In this document: positions 26,388-36,900 of the stretch, piece by piece
How the letters are laid out: every line of letters starts with the position of its first letter
Position numbering within the stretch: position 1 is the stretch's first letter
IMG/VR virus record: IMGVR_UViG_3300044974_001280
Location: 62,001-126,000 of that record
Direction: 5' to 3' (one strand)
Length of the DNA stretch: 64,000 nt
The notes under the pieces: generated by a model
The model's database searches: none
The model's input: only the letters and a program-made list of their open reading frames with translations
What the model was told of the DNA's origin: nothing
Position numbers and translations under genes: made by a program

Positions 26388-29300
26388 ATGGCATTTTACA
26401 TTCTAGAAGCCGCCACAGATTCGGCAGAAAATATTTGGGCAGTAGGAAGAGATCTATCCCTGTTCAACGGCCAGGATTGGGAGTATTTCAATTCTTCCAA
26501 CTCGGTGGTTCCTGACAATTCTCCCTACTACCTAGATACGAGAACTATCTCAATCGACGAGTATGACGTTAAATGGGTAGGTTGCGCTATTGCTCCTAGT
26601 ACGTCACAAGTTTTGGTTTTCAGTGTTGCCAATACGGATGCTGCCACTGGGTCAAATTGGACCCTATCTGACTTTAACCTGCCTCCCGGGGGTCTCTGGG
26701 AGGTGGGGGAAATCTATGCCAGTCCTTATGGAGATGAGGTTTTAGCTTACATTACGGGCCTTAACGGAGGAGCTGGAACGGGAGCAACTTGCACTCCTGG
26801 CATTACAGGTGGTTATCTCTGGAGGTACAACAAGGTTCTTCAGGAGTGGTCAGAGGTGGCACCCGGGTACATCTGGCCAACAATCTATGAGATTGCAGCG
26901 AAAGGGCTGGATGGGGTAAATTGGGAGTATTATCTTGCCACTTCAGATGGTCTACAAATTATTCCACCAGGAACTTTGGACTATGAAGTTCTACAGGATG
27001 GCACATTTTTTTTGCCTGGCTTGAAGAAACTCAATCCCTATAATTCATCTGTCCCCACCAGTCAGGTGTATTCTATTTCTTTTGACGAGAATGGGAATTA
27101 TTGGTTAGGAACAGACAGTGGATTAACTTACTGGGATGGGAAAAAATTTTATAACTGGACGGTTCCCCTTAATAACTCCGTGACTAAAGTTACTTCTAGA
27201 CCCTATGGTCATGTTTTTTTTAGATGTGGCGATCCCTTCTTTGATCTTTCTTTGTCTGATGGCTTTTTTCATTTTAACGGTGACAGTTTCAGTCAATTTA
27301 ACACTGGAAATTCCGCTCTTCCCAGCGATAGGGTAGTTGATTTGCTGTTGGTCCATAACAAAGTTGAAAAAAACGGGCTCTCGGTTTATCCCAACGACCT
27401 CTGGGTAGTGAATGGTAATAACGTTACCCTCTTCGATTATAATTTACCCCATGTCTACGCCAGCAGCAATTACACAGGAACTACAGGCTGGAATTTTCTA
27501 TACTACACTCCTGGGTCAACCGGAGCAACAACCGATGCTGCAAACCTCCCCAAAACACAAAGATACGATTGGGTTTATCCTTCTTGGCAAGGCTATGATA
27601 ACCAAAAAATTGTCTTAAATCATCCTGGAATGGATCCAAGAAGTCTCTTCCTGACGACAAACTTTAAGGATCTAGCAAACGGGCAGGCCGAGAATCAAAA
27701 TTATTGGAACTGGGGATCTGTCCCAACTTACGACCAGAGTTTGACGGCCGGAAGAATTCCTTCTTCGGATTGGGTTGTCGGTATAACAGGGAGCTCATCC
27801 CCCTTTTTAACTCAGCCCTCTATCAGCTTAACTGCAACAACGAGGTATTCCCATTTGAATGTAGTTGGAGGTTTCATGATTGGTGAAAATGCCTACTTGG
27901 GTGCTTCAAGTAACACTGAAGATTTTGTTTTGCAAAACACTAATGATACCTCATTCTTTCCTGGAAATGAATTCATGGGTTTTTTATCTTTTTACACAGA
28001 TGGTGGACAGGTTCAAGGAGCAATTCCTTTTAGGGGTGCCAATACCAAGATCTTAGATGTAAAAAGATCTTTTGATGGAAAAACTGTTTACGCCTTAGGG
28101 ATCTATAATTATTTTTTAGAAGCTGGTAAATTTACTTGGGGCTCTTCTTATCCAACGGCAGGAGGAATGTCAGTCACTGGAGTGACAGGTCCCACTGGTG
28201 GGCCCATTGGATTTAGCAATATGGCCTCACCCGGTGCAACTTCTGATTACAGCTACCCTTGGATCCTGAATGCACCAACCTCAGCTACCTCGGGTTTATA
28301 CATTCCTGATTTTTCTGTTGTTAATGATACCACTGCTTTTTTCATAGCTGAAATCGATTATGAAATAGGCAATCAAATTAGCTATGGCGGCATTGATTTT
28401 TCCTCTGAAACTGCATCCGAAGTTTTTTGTCTCAAAAAATTCAGGTATTTTCCTGGTGCCAGTTCAGATTATGATACTCAAACCGGAGGCCCAACTGGTT
28501 ATTTTCCATCGGGTGTTAATTACCCCGGTACTGCCTCTTTGGCGGTGGGTGAAAATTCAATTAGAATCATGGGGAATATCCAAGGTGGGTTTGCAACTTT
28601 GGCAAGGGACTATGAAAATATTTTAGATGCTCCATCCTGCCCTTCTTTCTTCTTCAGTAGTATTTCAGGAGGTTCTTATACTAACAGCTCTTTTGTTTTG
28701 GAATTAAACGAAGATTTTTCTTTGAGAGGAGTTCAAACGATCGGCATGACTGGTCCTAATTCCTATACCGATACTATCAGTACCGTTCCCAATGCCCAGA
28801 CTTTTCTACTGTCAGGAACTTCAACCAGCGATGTTAGCTACGGGAATCTCAATTTGACCCACCCCAATCCAGGTTTTTGTTTCCCGTGGATACTTCTGTC
28901 TCTTCCTTCTTTCACTGGTATTACTGGTTCTTTCATCAGCAATCATACTTCTAATGGTTCTTCTTTTCCCAGCTGGAGGCCTACGATAGGCACATTCTCG
29001 AGCGATTCTTCCTATTACGCTGGTTTTATCTATACCGGGAATGCAATCACTACTTCAGGAAGCACTTCTTTGACTTTTGAAGGAGCTTCGGGAGCACTTT
29101 CCGTCGGTCTTTTGTCCATCTCTCCCGGTGGAATAGTAAGACAGGAATCTTCTTATGAAATACTACCTTCCTCCTACCAGGCGGTTGATTCCTCTTTTCT
29201 GAGTGGTGTTCAGGGTCTCAGTACAGGAGATAGTTATTACCTGAGTGTTTTTTATCCAACTGTGCCTGGAGTAACGGGAGGGGGAAATCACATTTTTAAA

Positions 29301-30056
29301 AGATCTATCTCAGGAACTTATGTTGATGAATTTTCCACTGTTTCTTTGGATAGTTCAACGGTCCAATCTCCTCTTGTTTTTTCAGTCTATCCAAATTTAG
29401 ATCTGTTCCTAGCAGGTTCCGTAACAGGTCAAACCGGACCAACTGGACTTCCATATCCCCCTCTGGATGGATTTCCTTTTGTTTCTTTTTCTGAGAGCTA
29501 TAAGGCACCCAAAGGGATAGATCTAGGTAACATTATTTCTAGAGCTGGGTCCGGAGCTTGGACCTGGGCCGATGTTCATAATTCAGAGAGAGATTTATAC
29601 GTGCCCATGCTTTCCACTGTTTTCTTTTCAAACTACGGATCCCAAATTTTCGGAAAACAAAATAACAGATGGGTGCTGACCGACGCCAGAAATGGGAATG
29701 TTATTCTGGATGTTAAATTCACCCCTTATTTTATTTACACCTTTACCTCCTCGGGCTACTACAGTTTACAAAACACTGTTGAAGATGCTGCCGGCAACAT
29801 TTACGAAATTTCAAAACCTGCTTTCATCAAGGTTGTAAACCAATCAATTCCTAGAGCCGATGACCCTAACCCTTTGCTGGTAAATTCCGCCGACTATGGA
29901 TACATTAAACCCTCCAAAGAATTACAAAACCAGATTTGGGAACTCAATCAGGATCTTCTAGAAGAACAGATAGTTATCAGAAGAGAAAGCGCCATTCCTT
30001 TTGGCTCGGGACTGGTCATTAAAAGTGATGCTAATTCAACTTTTAGGGAAACCTAA
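26388..30056 (+). CDS. tail/baseplate-associated beta-propeller protein (Reg_prop-like blades, C-terminal PKD-like)
   Basis: YFNSSNSVVPDN, VYSISFDENGNYWLGTDSGLTYWDG, FNTGNSALPSDRV are two-component-regulator-propeller-type blades; YTFTSSGYYSLQNTVEDAAGN is PKD-like. Confidence 0.6.
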   Translation: MAFYILEAATDSAENIWAVGRDLSLFNGQDWEYFNSSNSVVPDNSPYYLDTRTISIDEYDVKWVGCAIAPSTSQVLVFSVANTDAATGSNWTLSDFNLPPGGLWEVGEIYASPYGDEVLAYITGLNGGAGTGATCTPGITGGYLWRYNKVLQEWSEVAPGYIWPTIYEIAAKGLDGVNWEYYLATSDGLQIIPPGTLDYEVLQDGTFFLPGLKKLNPYNSSVPTSQVYSISFDENGNYWLGTDSGLTYWDGKKFYNWTVPLNNSVTKVTSRPYGHVFFRCGDPFFDLSLSDGFFHFNGDSFSQFNTGNSALPSDRVVDLLLVHNKVEKNGLSVYPNDLWVVNGNNVTLFDYNLPHVYASSNYTGTTGWNFLYYTPGSTGATTDAANLPKTQRYDWVYPSWQGYDNQKIVLNHPGMDPRSLFLTTNFKDLANGQAENQNYWNWGSVPTYDQSLTAGRIPSSDWVVGITGSSSPFLTQPSISLTATTRYSHLNVVGGFMIGENAYLGASSNTEDFVLQNTNDTSFFPGNEFMGFLSFYTDGGQVQGAIPFRGANTKILDVKRSFDGKTVYALGIYNYFLEAGKFTWGSSYPTAGGMSVTGVTGPTGGPIGFSNMASPGATSDYSYPWILNAPTSATSGLYIPDFSVVNDTTAFFIAEIDYEIGNQISYGGIDFSSETASEVFCLKKFRYFPGASSDYDTQTGGPTGYFPSGVNYPGTASLAVGENSIRIMGNIQGGFATLARDYENILDAPSCPSFFFSSISGGSYTNSSFVLELNEDFSLRGVQTIGMTGPNSYTDTISTVPNAQTFLLSGTSTSDVSYGNLNLTHPNPGFCFPWILLSLPSFTGITGSFISNHTSNGSSFPSWRPTIGTFSSDSSYYAGFIYTGNAITTSGSTSLTFEGASGALSVGLLSISPGGIVRQESSYEILPSSYQAVDSSFLSGVQGLSTGDSYYLSVFYPTVPGVTGGGNHIFKRSISGTYVDEFSTVSLDSSTVQSPLVFSVYPNLDLFLAGSVTGQTGPTGLPYPPLDGFPFVSFSESYKAPKGIDLGNIISRAGSGAWTWADVHNSERDLYVPMLSTVFFSNYGSQIFGKQNNRWVLTDARNGNVILDVKFTPYFIYTFTSSGYYSLQNTVEDAAGNIYEISKPAFIKVVNQSIPRADDPNPLLVNSADYGYIKPSKELQNQIWELNQDLLEEQIVIRRESAIPFGSGLVIKSDANSTFRET

Positions 30057-30757
30057 AATTTTCCTTTGTTACTTCCGGTTCCTCCAGTTCCCCGGTACTT
30101 CCATTCCTCGTATCTTTTGACGATTTCTTTTAGAATTTTACTTCTGACGATGTCATCATCTGTAAAGACGAATTCTCCTACCCCCTCTACATCTCTTACC
30201 ATATCTACGAACATGGGCAAAGCAACTTTCTCGTATGAGATGTCGTGCTGAGTTACGTCCCCTGCTAGTAGAACTTTAGAATCGTTGCCCAGTCTAGAAA
30301 CATAAAGCATGAGTTGCTTCATATCACAATTTTGAGCCTCATCCAGAATCATCATGGATTTATCAAAGGTTGCTCCCCTGAGATAGGCTAGAGGTCTAAA
30401 TTCAATCTGCTTTTCAATGAAAAGCTGAGCTAATTTTTCTTTGGAAATGATTTTTTCCATGGTGATCAGAAAACTTTCCATGTAGGGACCTATTTTATCG
30501 TTGACGTCTCCTGGTAAAGAACCTAGTTTTTCCCCTGATTCCTGGATCGGCTTAGTGAAAATAATTCTTTCAATCTCAGATTTCTGTAAAAGCTTCAAGG
30601 CTGTGTAACAGGCAGAAAATGTTTTAGAAGTTCCTGCAGGTCCCCAACAAAAGGTTATGGTGTTGTGGATGATGGTGTCAGAGTAGAGTTTTTGCTTAGG
30701 AGAAAGAGAAATATCTCTAAAATCTTTGTTAACGAGTTTTGATTTTCCGATGGGCAT
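30053..30757 (-). CDS. phoH: PhoH-like ATPase
   Basis: GPAGTSKT Walker A, EKLGSLPGD, PLAYLRGATF, ILDEAQN, SRLG, GDVTQHD. Confidence 0.95.
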   Translation of the reverse strand: MPIGKSKLVNKDFRDISLSPKQKLYSDTIIHNTITFCWGPAGTSKTFSACYTALKLLQKSEIERIIFTKPIQESGEKLGSLPGDVNDKIGPYMESFLITMEKIISKEKLAQLFIEKQIEFRPLAYLRGATFDKSMMILDEAQNCDMKQLMLYVSRLGNDSKVLLAGDVTQHDISYEKVALPMFVDMVRDVEGVGEFVFTDDDIVRSKILKEIVKRYEEWKYRGTGGTGSNKGKF

Positions 30758-30779
30758 TTTTGAGTGTTAAAAAATAGTA

Positions 30780-30791
30780 GGATATATATCC
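30780..30791. promoter_or_regulatory. palindromic GGATATATATCC, putative bidirectional promoter
   Basis: 12-bp perfect palindrome carrying GATATATA on both strands, midway between divergent starts 30757 (-) and 30817 (+). Confidence 0.55.
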
Positions 30792-30816
30792 AAAACAAAT
30801 ACAATAAAAAAAGACC

Positions 30817-31713
30817 ATGTCAACAGTAAGTACAACTTCAATCCTAGGTTCTGATTCCATTTCAGCTTCCAGAATCACCATTAACTCTAATTTTCTGCTG
30901 CTGGAAAATTGGATTAATCAATATGTGAATGTTTTTGGGGTTGATTCAACCAACGGAATCCTAGATTTATCAGCAGCTTCTACCGGCAGGATTTCCGCCA
31001 AAACAGGAAGATTTGATCAACTGACCATCCCTGCCGGAGGCACTGGTTTGGCTCAGATCAATTCCAGTGGGATTGGACAATTTGTTGGGGTTTCTACAGC
31101 TACTTTGACAGCCAGCGGGGTCACTACATTTTCTGGTCCCTTCACTTCGTCAAACACAGCCACTTTTAATTCTACAACCAACCTATTCGGGTCGACCTCA
31201 CTGAATAACGCCTTTATCATCCTTAGCAGCGGTCATTTTGTGGGACAAAACACCACCTATGCCACTGGAGCTACTGCAGGAACTCCTTTCGCAGCAAGTA
31301 GTGTTGGAGGAGGTGGAAGATCTAGTTCTTTAGCAGTTCCTTATCAAATAACAGGGACAGAAGACATTATCTATGCTGATTGCAGTAGTGGTTGGTTTAT
31401 GACAGTAGGTACTACAGGTAGCACTGTTTCTAATTTAACCGCGGGAACCCGAATCACTATCGTAAATACTGATAATTCTGGGGGTTTTATTGCAACAGGA
31501 CTTCAAAATTCCGGAGCTTATTATACTGGATTTAACACAGATTCAAGTTACGGCGGGTTTCCCGTTTCAAGTCCTAGTTCTGGTATAGCCTGCGATGCTG
31601 GTTACCCTTATCAATCTTCTATCACTTTACAATGGGAACCTAGAATTGCACAAGGGACAGGAACTGAAGAAGGATCTTGGGTGGTATTGTCAGCAACCAA
31701 TATGACCTGGTAA
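30817..31713 (+). CDS. short fibre-like structural protein with gp9/gp10-like N-terminal motif
   Basis: ILGSDSISASRITINSNF N-terminus; Ser/Thr/Gly-rich beta-strand body; C-terminal SITLQW...WVVL knob-like ending. Confidence 0.55.
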   Translation: MSTVSTTSILGSDSISASRITINSNFLLLENWINQYVNVFGVDSTNGILDLSAASTGRISAKTGRFDQLTIPAGGTGLAQINSSGIGQFVGVSTATLTASGVTTFSGPFTSSNTATFNSTTNLFGSTSLNNAFIILSSGHFVGQNTTYATGATAGTPFAASSVGGGGRSSSLAVPYQITGTEDIIYADCSSGWFMTVGTTGSTVSNLTAGTRITIVNTDNSGGFIATGLQNSGAYYTGFNTDSSYGGFPVSSPSSGIACDAGYPYQSSITLQWEPRIAQGTGTEEGSWVVLSATNMTW

Positions 31714-31734
31714 CCAAGGAATTAAAAAAACAAC

Positions 31735-33948
31735 ATGGCCAAAACCCCATTTATCAGACCTCTCCAAACTCAGGGTGGAACCTTCTATGCCTTTTCATCA
31801 GCTGCCGAGGATCTTTCTTTTACCTTCAATAATTCAATCAACAAATTCAAATTTTCGAAATTTGCCCTGCTGAACATTCCCCAGATAAATTCGGGGGATC
31901 CTTTAGGTAATTCTTTGAAATTGAATGCTCCCGATAGTGCCTTCATTGATAAGGCCACGAACGCACAAGAGATAATCACCACGAATCAGAATGTCAATTT
32001 TTCACAGAGCTTTCAATCCTATTGTTTGAATTTAGAAACAACGATTTTAAGTGGATCTGATTATGATTCCACCCTGAAGCAAAACGTTTCTGAACGGGTC
32101 TTTTGGAAGTGGTTGAAGGAGCTAGGAGGTATTCGATTCCAGCCTGCCGCTTCTTCCCAGGTAGTTTCATCATTAGATCAAAACACAGTAGTTACGATCA
32201 ACAATTTACCAGTTACTCAAAAAAGATACGTAGAAGGTGACCCATCAGGAGGAACTGGTTCTTTCGGTTTAACTGGTGCCACTTACAATAGGGTGGTTCA
32301 ATACATTGGGAATTTAGATATAGTTAATTCAGTTAAAAATAACAATAACACCTATTCAGAAGTGTATGTGCTCGTTCCTACTCGAGACGGTAACACTCCT
32401 ACGGTCCTATTTAAGAACGTCGTGGACAGTAATTACCCCATGGATTATTCATGGACTAATAATCCAGCGGACCCCTTAAATGATGAATATTTAACTGGCA
32501 GAGCTTATGATGAACTGAATCCCAGCGGATTGACCAACCTAGCCATTTTCGACGAAGATGTGTTGGGTCAACCCCAAGTGACATATACTGATACTTCTAA
32601 CGGAGCTACTGGAGATGGCAACTGGTATGCACCTCGGGCAATTGCAGACACATATTTCACTGATGCAACCTTTACTGATCCAACCGCCCAGATTCTTGAA
32701 AAATCATATCAAGGAGCTTCTTCAGGGAATGGCTATCAAAAGTATGTCAGAACTTTATTGGATTCGATTGGAATAGATTTTGATCCTAGTTCCTATAAAC
32801 AGATAGTAGATGATCCAGCTATTTCGACTTTAGAAGAATTTAATGCGACTTCTTTGTCTAGTGATTTTTCATTTAATGCTGTTTTAATATACTATGATGT
32901 TTATGATCCTGCCTTTCCGGCAGATTCTGCTACCAATCTTTACGGCGTTCTGTTTCTAGATGATGTTCAGCCCACGGGGGCTGGAACCGATGAAATACCA
33001 GGTTTCAAAAAATACAAGCCCAACCCTGTTACCAAGTTGAACGGTAATTCTTATGGTTTAAAGCTGAATATCAAATTTGACGTTGATATAGACCAAACCG
33101 GGGTTGAACAAGCAATCAATGATTATTCTCCCTTTTCACTAAGTATGTTCATGGATGCGGTGAATGTCCTTCAAGACGCTTCTGCCACCCTTAACAACAC
33201 GGCAGCTATTTATGCTTCTCTGGAAGACCGTGTCAATGCCCTAGAAAATCTGGTGTTGTCCTCAGAAACGACTTTTACTTTTGATCGCAGAATTTCACAA
33301 CTAGAAAATGCACTAGCAGCTAATCAGGCCCTTTTTAACAACACTCAGGCCGTCATGGGCTTAATAAATCAGAACTACGAGTTAATCAGAGCCATAATCA
33401 ACAACGAGACCTCCGTTGAGATTTCTTACAATTTAGATTTGATTCGACAAGGTAGTGGCATTATTGTGGACCGGTCAGTTCCAAACGAACTCAGAATTAT
33501 CAACGATAATCAGGATTACAATGTTGGTCCTCAAAATGGCACTGTTACTCTTCAGAATTTATCTCCCAATACGATTCAGCTTCAGACCTTCGGTAACTAC
33601 CTCAAACACGTTAACAACGGCGTGCCTATCAACCTATCTCAAGATTTGGTGATCAGAATTGATGATTATACTCTGACAAATTGGAAAAGAGGTCAGCTCA
33701 TGAGATTCTCTTTTGGAGACCAGATAGTTCCTGGCGATTACAACGTTACCTTCTTGACCAATGCGGTAGGAAACTTCCCTCTCAGTAATCCAACTAGGGT
33801 TCCATATTCGACCCTTATCATTTCTCTGGTGAATAGTGATTTTGCTAGTCAAGATTATAAACCGGTCATAGATATAGTGTGTGTCGATCCTAACAATTTG
33901 ATTTTCCAAGCGGACATTGTCGGTAGAAGTTTCACAAATAACCCATAA
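31735..33948 (+). CDS. virion structural protein (tail/baseplate associated), central coiled coil
   Basis: 737 aa in the structural operon; LEDRVNALENL...RISQLENAL heptads. Confidence 0.55.
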   Translation: MAKTPFIRPLQTQGGTFYAFSSAAEDLSFTFNNSINKFKFSKFALLNIPQINSGDPLGNSLKLNAPDSAFIDKATNAQEIITTNQNVNFSQSFQSYCLNLETTILSGSDYDSTLKQNVSERVFWKWLKELGGIRFQPAASSQVVSSLDQNTVVTINNLPVTQKRYVEGDPSGGTGSFGLTGATYNRVVQYIGNLDIVNSVKNNNNTYSEVYVLVPTRDGNTPTVLFKNVVDSNYPMDYSWTNNPADPLNDEYLTGRAYDELNPSGLTNLAIFDEDVLGQPQVTYTDTSNGATGDGNWYAPRAIADTYFTDATFTDPTAQILEKSYQGASSGNGYQKYVRTLLDSIGIDFDPSSYKQIVDDPAISTLEEFNATSLSSDFSFNAVLIYYDVYDPAFPADSATNLYGVLFLDDVQPTGAGTDEIPGFKKYKPNPVTKLNGNSYGLKLNIKFDVDIDQTGVEQAINDYSPFSLSMFMDAVNVLQDASATLNNTAAIYASLEDRVNALENLVLSSETTFTFDRRISQLENALAANQALFNNTQAVMGLINQNYELIRAIINNETSVEISYNLDLIRQGSGIIVDRSVPNELRIINDNQDYNVGPQNGTVTLQNLSPNTIQLQTFGNYLKHVNNGVPINLSQDLVIRIDDYTLTNWKRGQLMRFSFGDQIVPGDYNVTFLTNAVGNFPLSNPTRVPYSTLIISLVNSDFASQDYKPVIDIVCVDPNNLIFQADIVGRSFTNNP

Positions 33949-33965
33949 AATACAGAGAAAATAGT

Positions 33966-36900
33966 ATGGCAGGTACTCAAAATAGTGTCAGTTCTCTGGT
34001 AGCTCAGTTTCTTAGGCTCCAGAAAAACTCGATTGAAATCATCAATGGTCTTAACGAGGTTGCAACCTCCACTAACGACACAGTTCAAATAGAAATGTTG
34101 GACGAGGCTGGATTTCCCAGCAACGTTTCAATTCCGGCCTATGGTTATTTAAGGAGCCAGATCCAGAGACTAGATTCCAACATTCAGTCCTTGGCTGGGC
34201 TTGGCGATAATTTCTCAACGGTCAGAAACCCTGATGGGACTTATTCACAAATCTACAAATCAGAACCTCTCAGAGATCCAACCCCTCTGGTAAACTTACA
34301 AGTACCCAGCACTTTTTCTGCCAGGGACAACTGGTTTTTTGAAAGTTTTCTTTCTCCTTTACTCTACATCAGTCTGGACGTAACTGGGCAAATACCCGAT
34401 GACGCAGATCGAATTTTGGTGAAGAGAATCATCGCCAACACCGACACGGATGATAAAAAAGCCTATTTTGACACCAATCTGAAAGGAAGAAATGAAATTT
34501 CAGAACAAAATTTTATTTCAGAACTCACCGGAGCAGGCATCAATTATTTTGTGGACGAGGACATAATTCCACTGCCTCTTCGCACTATTAGAAATCAGGG
34601 CTCGTTTGGGGTTCTTTCTTTTTACGATGACACTGTTAGTACAACAGATGCTAACGGTCAGACTGTACAAGAAACGAGAAGGAATTACAAACTTAACTCT
34701 GTTCAGTACACCGATACCAGTACGGGAGTTCAAAACGGTAGAACTTTAAATGTCGGGAATGTTTTATTAACCTCAGATGGCACTAGATACGAGATTACTT
34801 CTATTAACATCAGTCAAACTTCGGTCCAACTTAAAAGAATTTCTGGCTATCAGCCTGTTCAAATAGGTAATAACTCCTTGAGCCTATTGTCTACCCAGTT
34901 CAATGCACGATTTGTAGACGTCAACGTTGGTTACGATGAGAGGCAAGGTGTTTTCTTTAAAAAGATCGACGACAATTACAATATAGTTGCTTCTAACTGG
35001 TCCCCTGGCATTGTTTTTTTCAGCAATGAACTCAGAATCAATACCACCAGCGGGGTTCAGACTCTCGAACAATTTTATTTGACCTCGGTGGCAGATCTGG
35101 GGCAGCAGCTACTGGCGATGGCAAAAGAGAAAAAAATCTCGGCCGTGAGCGGCCTCGTGCCGGAACCCCCTAGTATTGTAAACAGTAATTTCAAAGTTGT
35201 TCAGATTAACACTCAGCTAACCCAAGGCACCGATATTCAAACTCTGAATCAAAAGGTGGCTTTAAAAGCAACCCTCCAAAGTGAAATAGCTCAGCTCGAT
35301 ACGGCGATCAACACCAATCGAGCACAGATTAATAGTTTGAGTACTACCTCTGTAACTCCATTCTCTAAGACTTCAGGCAACAGTTTAACATCCTCAATCG
35401 ATACCAGTCTGAGAACAACAACCCAAAATTCTCAAGCTCTAACAGCCAACCTAAACTCTTTAACCCAACAAAGAGTTCAAAAACAGCAACTGTTGGCTTC
35501 TGTTGTTAGCGACATTAACACCCTATCTACAAGTACCCCTCAACTAACTGTAGATCCAAAGTATAGGGTAAGGGGATTTTGGGCTATTCCTCCTCCCAGA
35601 ATCAATCCTTCGACAGGGTCTCAACAAGTTATCCAATTTATTATAGAATACCGTTATTTATCAGATTCTGGTATTTCTCCGGCTGTTCAACAAATTAATT
35701 TCCTAGATAACAACGGTCAACAGAAAACAGGCTCCTTTAGTAATTGGAACAGAGTTATTACAGACATAAGAACAAAAATTTATGATCCTAACACTGGCAC
35801 TTATACCTGGGCTCCTGAATTAACTGATGATGCAGATGCCAACAACATTAACCAATTGGATATTCCTATCACCAGCGGAGAACAAGTGGAAATTAGAATT
35901 AAATCAGTTTCAGAGGCAGGATGGCCAGACAACCCCTTAACTTCCGACTGGTCAGATAGTGTTATCATCGGATTTCCTGCCGATGCCAGCACCCAAAACA
36001 CGGCTGCTGCGGTAACAACTAATTTAAAAGACGAGGCTGTTTTGGCAATCCAACAGGATTTGTCTTCTAAAGGTCTAGACAATCTGTTGTCAAGACAGTT
36101 CACTGCTGGATCAAAAGTTTTTGTTTTGGATACTCCTGCAATTGCAAGTGGATTTTACGACTCGAACGGAAATCCAGTCGACTTGTTTCAGAAATTAACA
36201 GATCTCCAGAATGAGATCGTTTCACTAAGAGCAACGATTGAAAGAAGTGTTGGCGTTCTTGAGGTTCAAATTGTAGATTCTGCAGGAAACAGCCAAATTA
36301 TTACAAGTGGGCAAACTATCAAACTTAATGCAGGTTACACTAACCAAATTTTTACTAGTCCTCTTACTTCTGATGCAGGAAAAATCGCTTCTTCTATTTA
36401 TCAGCTTAAATTGATTAACACAGCAGCTGGAATTCTAGAACTTTCTTCGGTTGTGCCAGGTGGACTTAACACAGTTGCTGGCTCTTCTACAACTTACTCT
36501 CTGCCAGAAGGTTACAATCAGAGTCTGAGGTACGGTGAAATTGGTATTTCTATTACATCACTAACTCCAGCCGATATTATTCCTCCTGGATCTACCGGCA
36601 ACGCCAACGATGAGTCTTTCCAGCAGCTTAGACAAGCTGCCCCTTATATGTCGGGTAACGCCAACAGCCAGTTTATTTACCCCAGATGGAAAAGTGTCGG
36701 TCTAGATCAGGATCTGTATGTTAGCACGCAGCCCTATTCAGCGGGTTACAATTACCAAGGAAATGGCCAGGGTCTACCACAGAATGGCTCATCCTTGATT
36801 CCCTATGACCCTTCCGTGTCCACTGTCCCTACAGCTTCAGGCACAGGTCCGGCGGTTTGGAATGGTAATTATACTGGCTCTACGGGTAGTTATGCGGGAG

